Assembly (NCBI GenBank): GCA_012798895.1
Contig: JAAZMI010000042.1
Coordinates: 1 to 47,846 of the forward strand
Source of the DNA: Bacillota bacterium
GTDB lineage: Bacteria; Bacillota; Dethiobacteria; DTU022; UBA8154
Direction: 5' to 3'
DNA length: 47,846 nt
The translations under genes and the position numbers were made by a program. The notes beneath the pieces are model-generated. The model saw only the letters and a list, made by a program, of their open reading frames with translations. It had not been told where the DNA came from and did not search any database. How positions within the stretch are numbered: the first letter of the stretch is position 1; the number at the start of each line of letters is the position of its first letter. Shown piece after piece: positions 39,503 to 47,846 of this stretch.

Positions 39503-39551
39503 TTTATAGTTCCCCCCATGAAGCTCATATTTGCCTTAATATATCCCAAAT

Positions 39552-41105
39552 TTAATGCTTAAAGTAACGTTTTCCGGTAAAAAGCATCGCCACATTGTAT
39601 TCCTCGCAAGCAGCGATAACCTCCTCGTCGCGGTTGGAACCACCGGGCTGCACAATTGCAGTTACCCCTTCACGTGCCGCGATCTCTACGCCATCCTTGA
39701 AGGGGAAAAAAGCATCAGAGGCCAGAACGCTCCCCTTAATCTTTTCCCCGGCCTGTTCAGCAGCGATCCTGACGGCGCCGACGCGGCTCATCTGCCCGGC
39801 ACCGATGCCCAGGGTCTGCTGCCTCTTGGCAATTACAATGGCATTGGATTTTACATGTTTAACCACTTTCAAGGCAAAGAGGAGATCCTTCATCTCCTGT
39901 TCCGTCGGCTCCCTGGTGGTCACAGTGCGCCACGCCTGCAGATCATAGATCTCTTGCAGATCTTCCTGCAAAAGAAGCCCGCCGCTCACCTTTTTAAAAT
40001 CGAGCGCCTTTTTCTCGTTTTCCGGGAAGCCTGGCGTCATCTCCAGGAGGCGGACATTTTTTTTGCGGCTGAGAATTTCCAAGGCAGCCGGAGAGAAAGC
40101 AGGGGCGGCGATCACTTCCAAGAAAATCTTCGACATCTCTAAAGCCGTCTGCTCATCCACTTCCCTGTTCAAAGCAACGATGCCCCCAAAGATGGAGATC
40201 GGGTCGGCAGCATAAGCCTTCTGATAGGCCTCCCATAGGGTGCCGGCTTCACCGACCCCACAGGGATTGGTATGTTTAACCGCCACCGCCGCCGGTTCCG
40301 TAAATTCCTGCACGATCTCCCAGGTGGCATGAAGATCATTAATATTATTAAAAGAAAGTTCTATCCCTTGCAGTTGTTTGCCGGCGGCAAGCGAGGTCTT
40401 ATCCGGCAGCGGTTCCCGGTAAAACGAAGCCTTCTGCTGTGGATTTTCCCCGTAGCGCAGATCTTGCACCTTCTGCCAGGGCATGGTCAATGTTGCCGGA
40501 AAACGTTGCCTCTCCCCCGTATCCCTTCCACGAAAAAAATTGCTGATTATGCTGTCATAATAAGCTGTCTTCGAAAAGGCCTCCAGCGCCAGATCGTAGC
40601 GACTGGAAAGGGACAGATCCCCATCCTGGCGCAGCTCTTCAATAACCATGCTGTAATCGCCCGGATTAACCACCACAATTACATCGCGGTAATTTTTAGC
40701 CGCGGCCCTAATCATCGTCGGACCGCCGATATCAATATTCTCCACGGCTTCTTCCAAACTTACACCTTCTTTGGCGATAACATCCGCAAAGGGATAGAGG
40801 TTAACCGCAACCAGATCGATCGCAGCGATGCCATGTTCCTGCCACTGCCGGCGATGCAGTTCGGAATCTCTGCGCCCCAGGATACCGCCATGAACCAGCG
40901 GGTGCAGAGTTTTCAGGCGCCCTTCCAAAATTTCTGGAAACCCGGTCAGTTCGCCCACATCCTGCACCTTCACTCCGGATTCTCTTAAAATAGCAGCAGT
41001 TCCCCCGGTAGAGACGATCTCCCAGCCCATCGACTCCAGTTCCTGTGCAAAGATCGCTATTCCTGTTTTGTCAGAGACACTGATAAGAGCTTTTTTAGGC
41101 TTCAT
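39552..41105 (-). CDS. purH: bifunctional AICAR formyltransferase / IMP cyclohydrolase
   Basis: ALISVSDKTGI MGS-like domain, TGGTA, and an AICARFT domain ending FTGKRYFKH. Confidence 0.96.
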   Translation of the reverse strand: MKPKKALISVSDKTGIAIFAQELESMGWEIVSTGGTAAILRESGVKVQDVGELTGFPEILEGRLKTLHPLVHGGILGRRDSELHRRQWQEHGIAAIDLVAVNLYPFADVIAKEGVSLEEAVENIDIGGPTMIRAAAKNYRDVIVVVNPGDYSMVIEELRQDGDLSLSSRYDLALEAFSKTAYYDSIISNFFRGRDTGERQRFPATLTMPWQKVQDLRYGENPQQKASFYREPLPDKTSLAAGKQLQGIELSFNNINDLHATWEIVQEFTEPAAVAVKHTNPCGVGEAGTLWEAYQKAYAADPISIFGGIVALNREVDEQTALEMSKIFLEVIAAPAFSPAALEILSRKKNVRLLEMTPGFPENEKKALDFKKVSGGLLLQEDLQEIYDLQAWRTVTTREPTEQEMKDLLFALKVVKHVKSNAIVIAKRQQTLGIGAGQMSRVGAVRIAAEQAGEKIKGSVLASDAFFPFKDGVEIAAREGVTAIVQPGGSNRDEEVIAACEEYNVAMLFTGKRYFKH

Positions 41106-41700
41106 TTTGAAAACATCTTCTCCCTTCCAGGTTCAATTTTCCTGCAATAAATAGTTGTATGGCCCGGGGATAAAGGCGGTGTTCAACCTCATGAATACGC
41201 TCCTGAAGAGAATCTGCTGTATCGTGATCATAAACCGGCACGGCCTCCTGCAAAATAATTGGACCTGTATCGAGTCCCTCGTCGACAAAATGAACGGTAC
41301 AACCGCTGACCTTTACACCGTAATCGATTGCCTGCTGCACGCCATCCAACCCCGGGAAAGATGGTAACAGGGAAGGGTGGATATTCATTATTTTACCCCG
41401 GAAACCTTCGACTAAAACAGGGGACAGAAGGCGCATGTAACCGGCCAGAACCACCAACCCAATATTTTTCCCCTGCAGCAAAGTAAGGATAGCCCGGTCA
41501 TAGTCTTCCCGGTCCGAAAAACGGCGCGGGTCGATATGAACCGCTGCAATATCATGCCTCCCGGCCCTTTCAAGGGCATAAGCATCTGCATTATCGCTGA
41601 TAACGATCTCCACGCGCCCCTTTATTTTTCCATTCCCCACGGCGTCTATGATCGCCTGCAGATTGCTGCCGTAACCCGATGCCAGCACTGCCAATCGCAT
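41095..41700 (-). CDS. purN: phosphoribosylglycinamide formyltransferase
   Basis: LASGYGSNLQAI, NIHPSLLP, VHFVDEGLDTGPI. Start placed at the ATG at 41700, 8 nt after AAAGGGGGGA (the ORF track opens at 41721). The 3' end overlaps purH by 11 nt. Confidence 0.95.
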   Translation of the reverse strand: MRLAVLASGYGSNLQAIIDAVGNGKIKGRVEIVISDNADAYALERAGRHDIAAVHIDPRRFSDREDYDRAILTLLQGKNIGLVVLAGYMRLLSPVLVEGFRGKIMNIHPSLLPSFPGLDGVQQAIDYGVKVSGCTVHFVDEGLDTGPIILQEAVPVYDHDTADSLQERIHEVEHRLYPRAIQLFIAGKLNLEGRRCFQNEA

Positions 41701-41737
41701 CCCTGGCGTCCCCCCTTTCATCTATTGCTTTACCTGT

Positions 41738-42787
41738 TCATCTGATCTCTATAACATCCCCTTTTCCGTCTTTGACGTTACATCTCTTAAGATAACCAAT
41801 CTGCCGGGCCTTGCCGCCCTTCTCATTGATCTGCTTTAGAACCGGCCCCGCAGATTGCGGAGAAGTGATCAGAACGAAACCAATGCCCATATTAAAAGTA
41901 CGGAACATCTCCTGTTCGGAAACATTTCCGTACTCCTGAATCAGGGAAAATATAGGGGGGATATCCCAACATTCTTTTTCAATAACCGCCTTTAATCCTG
42001 CTGGGAAAACCCGGGGCAGGTTAAGCTTCAGCCCTCCGCCGGTAATATGTGCCAGCCCCTTGATCGTAAACTCTCGCAAGAGAGGCAAAACGAGAGGAAC
42101 ATAGATGATCGTCGGTTTTAACAACTCTTCTCCCAGGGTAGAATCCAATTCTGGTAGATTAAGATCCAATTTTAGGCCTGCATGTTCTAAAAGGATCTTC
42201 CGCACCAGTGAAAAACCGTTGCTGTGCAGGCCGTTGGAAGCAATGCCAATCAGGATATCCCCGGGTATGATCTGCCTGCCATCGATGATTTTGTCTTTTT
42301 CGGCGATGCCAAGAGCAAAACCGGCCAGATCATATTCTCCCGGGGCATAGAAACCGGGCATCTCCGCAGTCTCGCCCCCCAGAAGCGCACAGCCCGCCTG
42401 ACGGCAGCCGTCTGCAACACCGCGCACGATCTCCGTAACCTGGGAAACATCCATCTTCCCCACGGCCAGATAATCAAGGAAAAGGAGGGGCTCGGCACCC
42501 TGAACAAGGAGATCATTGACACACATGGCTACAGCATCAATACCCACCGTACCATGTTTATCAAGCATAAAAGCTATCTTCAATTTGGTTCCGACACCAT
42601 CAGTTGCCGCAGCAAGAACAGGGGTGTGATAGACACTAAGGTCCGGCTGAAAAAGGCCGGCAAAACCGCCCAGATCCGTTATGACCTCCGGGCGAAAAGT
42701 GGAACGAACCACCTTCTTGATCTTATCAACGACCTTTTCTCCGGCTTCCAGATCCACACCGGCTTTCTTATAATCAAAGCTCTCCAT
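41738..42787 (-). CDS. purM: phosphoribosylformylglycinamidine cyclo-ligase (AIR synthetase)
   Basis: YKKAGVD, ATDGVGTKLKIA, GGETAEMPG. Confidence 0.96.
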   Translation of the reverse strand: MESFDYKKAGVDLEAGEKVVDKIKKVVRSTFRPEVITDLGGFAGLFQPDLSVYHTPVLAAATDGVGTKLKIAFMLDKHGTVGIDAVAMCVNDLLVQGAEPLLFLDYLAVGKMDVSQVTEIVRGVADGCRQAGCALLGGETAEMPGFYAPGEYDLAGFALGIAEKDKIIDGRQIIPGDILIGIASNGLHSNGFSLVRKILLEHAGLKLDLNLPELDSTLGEELLKPTIIYVPLVLPLLREFTIKGLAHITGGGLKLNLPRVFPAGLKAVIEKECWDIPPIFSLIQEYGNVSEQEMFRTFNMGIGFVLITSPQSAGPVLKQINEKGGKARQIGYLKRCNVKDGKGDVIEIR

Positions 42788-42807
42788 AAACCATTAACAA
42801 CCTCCCC

Positions 42808-44154
42808 TTAAAAAGGATACTTGCCGGAAAAACAGGCCGTGCAGAGCTTATCCGGCGGTATGCCTACCGATTCGAACATGCCCCTGTGACTCAGATATTG
42901 TAAGGTGGTAGCCCCAATCTCCCGGCGGATCTCTTCAATGTTCTGCCGGGCCCCGATCAACTCACTGTGATCAGGAGTGTCAATTCCATAGTAACAAGGG
43001 CCGATGATGGGGGGCGAGGCGATCCGCAGGTGCACCTCTTTGGCACCGGCTCGCACAAACATGTTTACCAATCTTTTGCTGGTTGTACCCCGGACAATAG
43101 AATCATCGACGACCACCACCTTTTTGCCCTGAACTACCTGTTTTACAGGGTTTAATTTTAACTGCACGCCTATATCGCGAGTTTCTTGGCGAGGCTGCAG
43201 AAAAGTACGCCCGATATAGCGGTTTTTGATTAGTCCCCATTCGTAAGGAAGCCCCAACTCCTCGGCAAAACCGGAAGCTGCTGTTAAACTGGAATCCGGA
43301 ACACCGGTTACCAGGTCTGCCTGCACAGGATGCTCCCTGGCTAGTTGGCGACCCAACCTTTTGCGGACGAGATAGACATTTCTATCGTGGATGTCGCTGT
43401 CCGGCCGGGCAAAGTAGATAAATTCAAAAACACAGAGCGCCAGGCGCGGGGAAGGCATAACCTGAATACTCTTTAAACCGTCCCGGCCGATTACTACCAT
43501 CTCACCAGGCTGAATATCCCTGATCTTTTCCGCGCCAATCGTATCGAAAGCACAGGTCTCCGAAGACAAAACAAGATGACCCCGCCAACGGCCCAGGGAT
43601 AGGGGTCTCACTGCATAGGGATCTCGCAACCCGATCAGCCTGTCCTCAGTTAAAAAAATAAAAGAGTAGGCACCACGCAAGGCCGGCAAAACGTTCTGCA
43701 AAGCAGATTCCAGATCGCGCCGGCCGGAGCGAGCCACCAGGTGGGCAATCAGCTCGCTGTCCGTCATAGTTTGAAAGATAGAACCCTCTGCCTCCAACTT
43801 TTCCCTTAACTCTGAAGCATTGGTAAGATTACCATTATAGGCAACAGCCAGATTTCCCTGCCGGTAACGTACAAGCAACGGCTGTGAATTTTCCGGGCGG
43901 GCCTTCCCGCGTGCCGAATAATAGACATGGCCTAGAGCGCCAACGGCAGTAATATCGTTAAACCCCTCCCAATGGGGAAAAACCTCCGCCACCAGACCCT
44001 GTCCCTTTTTTAAATGGATATCGCAGCCGTCGCTAAGCGCAATCCCCGCGCTCTCCTGGCCGCGGTGCTGCAGGGCATATAAAGCAAAATTGGTCAGGCG
44101 AAACAGATTCTCACCGGGAGCATAGACGCCGAACACCCCGCAGGCCTCCTCCAT
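42808..44154 (-). CDS. purF: amidophosphoribosyltransferase
   Basis: Ntn nucleophile Cys in EEACGVFGV, PRTase loop VVVDDSIVRGTT, 4Fe-4S Cys ligands (CYYGIDTP, CTACFSGKYP). Start placed at the ATG at 44154 (propeptide MEEA). The ORF remains open upstream to 44310, but that part looks non-coding. Confidence 0.93.
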   Translation of the reverse strand: MEEACGVFGVYAPGENLFRLTNFALYALQHRGQESAGIALSDGCDIHLKKGQGLVAEVFPHWEGFNDITAVGALGHVYYSARGKARPENSQPLLVRYRQGNLAVAYNGNLTNASELREKLEAEGSIFQTMTDSELIAHLVARSGRRDLESALQNVLPALRGAYSFIFLTEDRLIGLRDPYAVRPLSLGRWRGHLVLSSETCAFDTIGAEKIRDIQPGEMVVIGRDGLKSIQVMPSPRLALCVFEFIYFARPDSDIHDRNVYLVRKRLGRQLAREHPVQADLVTGVPDSSLTAASGFAEELGLPYEWGLIKNRYIGRTFLQPRQETRDIGVQLKLNPVKQVVQGKKVVVVDDSIVRGTTSKRLVNMFVRAGAKEVHLRIASPPIIGPCYYGIDTPDHSELIGARQNIEEIRREIGATTLQYLSHRGMFESVGIPPDKLCTACFSGKYPF

Positions 44155-44331
44155 TTTATCGGAATTGGATAAAATAACCCGGTTGCTTTCCCCCTCTTTC
44201 CTTGAACAATAACAACCAGAATTGCACATTGAACAAAGCCTCCCCGGCCCATAGTGTGGGAACATAGCTTTAAATGGATATGTATATTTACGCGGGCATC
44301 CCCCCGGCATAATCGGAAAATCCGGTGGCGA

Positions 44332-44853
44332 TCAAGGACTTAAGTATTGCTGTAGATATTGCCGGTAACCGATCTTCTGTAAATATTCGTCCTTTTCCCT
44401 GACCCCACGCGCCAACTCCCGCTTATAGTCCATAATCCGTTCCCGTAGCACAGGATCCTGCACAGCACAGATCTGCGCCGCCAAAATTCCCGCGTTATGA
44501 GCACCATCCACTGCCACCGTAGCTACGGGGATACCCCCCGGCATCTGAACCGTAGCATAGAGAGCATCGAGCCCCCCAAGTGAAGAGTTGCTTAATGGCA
44601 CAGCGATAACAGGCAAAGGGGTCCAGGCAGCGATAACCCCGGCCAGATGGGCTGCCCCCCCAGCCCCGGCAATTATTACCGCAACACCTCTTCCTACAGC
44701 ATTTCGGGCAAATTCAGCCGTTTCCTCAGGCAGACGGTGCGCTGAAGAGATCCGCACTTCATAAGGAAGCTGAAATTCTGCCAAGACATCCAGACAAGAC
44801 GACATGACAGGCAGATCCGAATCACTGCCCATCACCACGCTGACCAGCACCAT
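44332..44853 (-). CDS. purE: 5-(carboxyamino)imidazole ribonucleotide mutase
   Basis: VMGSDSDLPVM, SSAHRLP, GAGGAAHLAGV. Start placed at the ATG at 44853, 9 nt after AGGAGGTG (the ORF track opens at 44880). Confidence 0.94.
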   Translation of the reverse strand: MVLVSVVMGSDSDLPVMSSCLDVLAEFQLPYEVRISSAHRLPEETAEFARNAVGRGVAVIIAGAGGAAHLAGVIAAWTPLPVIAVPLSNSSLGGLDALYATVQMPGGIPVATVAVDGAHNAGILAAQICAVQDPVLRERIMDYKRELARGVREKDEYLQKIGYRQYLQQYLSP

Positions 44854-45057
44854 AATAGAAACACCTCCTACGCCAGGCAAAACAAACTAGATCTTTAAAT
44901 TCCCGACTCCCATGCTATTATTAACCTTTGTATTGATGTTATTCTCTTCGATTCCAGCCGTTCCTATTGTCTCATATTCGTATATTCTTGTCTATAAATT
45001 AAAATAGCCTTGGTTTCTCTGTTTATAAAGGTTCCAAGACTTCTAAACCTCTATTTT

Positions 45058-46002
45058 CTACTCCCACTCGATCGTTCCCGGGGGTTTGGGGGTGAGATCG
45101 TAGACGAAGCGGTTTACGGCGGGAATTTCCTGCACAACCCTGTCGGAGATAGTGCGCAGAACATCCCAAGGAAAAGGATACCAGTCAGCCGTCGTCCCAT
45201 CCCGGCTGATTACCGCACGCAGGGCGATCGTATGCCCATAAACGCGACGACCTTCTTTGACGCCGACGCTGAGAATGCCCGGCAGTACAGCAAAAACCTG
45301 CCATATCTTGCGATAAAGGCCGGCTTTTTTAACCTCCTCGAGCACTATAAAGTCCGCCTCCTGCAGGATGGCAATCTTTTCCGGGGTGATTTCGCCCAAA
45401 ATCCGCACCGCCAGGCCGGGACCGGGGAAAGGATGCCTCCAAACAATTTCTTCCGGCAAGCCCAACCCCGTGGCAACCTCGCGCACCTCATCTTTAAAAA
45501 GATGGCGCAACGGCTCCAGTAAGGTAAAAGGCATCTCTTTCGGCAAGCCTCCCACATTGTGGTGTGATTTGATCAAGGCAGCATCCGGCGTGCCGCTCTC
45601 CACAATATCCGAACGCAGAGTACCCTGCACTAAAAAATTGATCCCAGCGGATTTTCCCGCCTCGCGGGCAAAAACATCTATAAAATGATGACCGATAATC
45701 TTTCTTTTCTTTTCCGGATCGGTAACACCCCGCAGCAGTTCCAAAATCTCTGCCGCAGCATCGACGGTAATGACATTTAATTTAAATTTATCCTGAAAAA
45801 TATGCTGAACTTGTTCCCTTTCACCCTTACGCAACAGCCCGTTATCCACAAAGATACAGGTCAATCTGGAACCGATGGCCCGGTGAACCAAGAGAGCTGC
45901 CACGGCAGAATCAACCCCACCGCTTAAACCACAGATCGCCTTGCCCTGAGAGCCTACCTTGGCCCTGATCTCTTTGATGCTATGCTCAATAAAGCTTTTC
46001 AT
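45058..46002 (-). CDS. guaA: GMP synthase, ATP-pyrophosphatase plus dimerisation part only (subunit-B-like; no glutamine amidotransferase domain)
   Basis: PP-loop [19 protein letters not shown]-terminal KPPGTIEWE. The 314-aa product begins at the position corresponding to the start of the synthetase half of full-length GuaA (FIE..I.EIR.KVG). Confidence 0.9.
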   Translation of the reverse strand: MKSFIEHSIKEIRAKVGSQGKAICGLSGGVDSAVAALLVHRAIGSRLTCIFVDNGLLRKGEREQVQHIFQDKFKLNVITVDAAAEILELLRGVTDPEKKRKIIGHHFIDVFAREAGKSAGINFLVQGTLRSDIVESGTPDAALIKSHHNVGGLPKEMPFTLLEPLRHLFKDEVREVATGLGLPEEIVWRHPFPGPGLAVRILGEITPEKIAILQEADFIVLEEVKKAGLYRKIWQVFAVLPGILSVGVKEGRRVYGHTIALRAVISRDGTTADWYPFPWDVLRTISDRVVQEIPAVNRFVYDLTPKPPGTIEWE

Positions 46003-46129
46003 CGTCCGTTCCCCACGCCTTTCGCTCCTTCAGCCTTTTATTGATAACATTCTTTTATTCGCCAGATATTTCTCTATCTCCTGCCAAAATATTACCCTCC
46101 GGCCGTCACCCTGTTTTTTTTAACTTCCC

Positions 46130-46203
46130 AAAAAAAACGGGGGAAAACCCCGTAAAACAAGTGGTTTTCCCCCATCCGGCTCCCCTCTTGTCCACAGGGG
46201 AGC
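46130..46203 (-). terminator. tandem stem-loop terminator after groEL
   Basis: On the minus strand: GCTCCCCT, loop, AGGGGAGC (46179-46203), then GGGGGAAAACC, a 13-nt loop, GGTTTTCCCCC (46139-46173), followed by T8. Confidence 0.75.
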
Positions 46204-46232
46204 GATCTGTACCCTTTTCTTTTTGTACCTGT

Positions 46233-47846
<1,614 letters not shown>

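Noticed and set aside
38381-39562. 393-aa plus-strand ORF. Similar long ORFs lie at 40272-40988, 46344-47195, 6480-7100, 24906-25412 and 42224-42811.
   Set aside because: All lie entirely antisense to strongly supported conserved genes (purD, purH, groEL, ABC exporter, smc, purM). They have low-complexity, Arg/Pro/Gly-rich or otherwise non-protein-like translations and no RBS. They are shadow ORFs.
44155-44310. 52-codon Cys-rich N-terminal extension of PurF predicted by the ORF track
   Set aside because: PurF matures by exposing the Cys of CGVFG after a short propeptide. The extension has no homology I recognise, and its ATG has no RBS and begins 19 nt after the purE stop. It is treated as non-coding but flagged in a finding.
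44854-45057. Purine (G-box) or ZTP riboswitch, or PurBox, upstream of purE
   Set aside because: I could not find the UAUAAU...AUAUGG...GUUUCUACC...CCGUAAAU...GACUA core, nor the GGGUCGUGACUGGCG...CCGCCUGGGC ZTP core. A CGAATAT-containing stretch matches the PurBox consensus only weakly. A covariance-model search would be needed to exclude one.
46003-46232. Purine riboswitch or pseudogenised GATase remnant upstream of the short guaA
   Set aside because: The region is filled by two terminator hairpins and a short AT-rich leader. No G-box core and no translatable GATase-like fragment are visible in any frame.

Overview
This 47.8-kb window looks like it comes from a spore-forming Firmicute (Clostridia-like; spoVS and CotF-type coat genes are present). 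Nearly every gene lies on the minus strand. From about 14.0 kb to the end it is core housekeeping DNA in classical synteny: comM, yraN, rnhB, rbgA, lepB, rplS, trmD, rimM, a KH protein, rpsP, ffh, ftsY, smc, spoVS, rnc. Next comes an E. coli-like yceD-rpmF-plsX-fabH-fabD-fabG-acpP-fabF block. It is followed by four small accessory genes (NusG-II domain protein, PaaI thioesterase, macro domain protein, ComFB), ligA, a trimmed purE-F-M-N-H-D operon, a short guaA and a 5'-truncated groEL. The left 14 kb is more accessory. It holds two small coat-like proteins, a TIGR00725/LOG-like protein divergent from an orphan UvrD-family helicase, an adenylate-forming acyl-CoA ligase, a SAM methyltransferase and an MsbA-type ABC exporter. 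It also holds a BtuCDF/FecBCD-type ABC importer led by a CooC-type metallochaperone NTPase, and a visibly AT-rich segment encoding a FUSC/ArAE-like membrane protein. I saw no rRNA, tRNA, CRISPR array, transposase, integrase or recognisable defence system. The observations most worth follow-up are: (1) two paralogous ~230-nt leaders sharing identical ordered sequence blocks, one in front of the importer operon and one in front of the exporter/methyltransferase genes, matching no riboswitch I can recognise; (2) the CooC-like NTPase embedded in a chelate-type importer operon; (3) a guaA encoding only the ATP-pyrophosphatase half of GMP synthase, with no amidotransferase gene adjacent; (4) a 1-nt frame break that separates the first codons (including the PG of the conserved RbgA N-terminal motif) from the rest of rbgA. 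All family assignments come from motif recognition by eye. No database search was run, and non-ORF coordinates may be off by a base or two.
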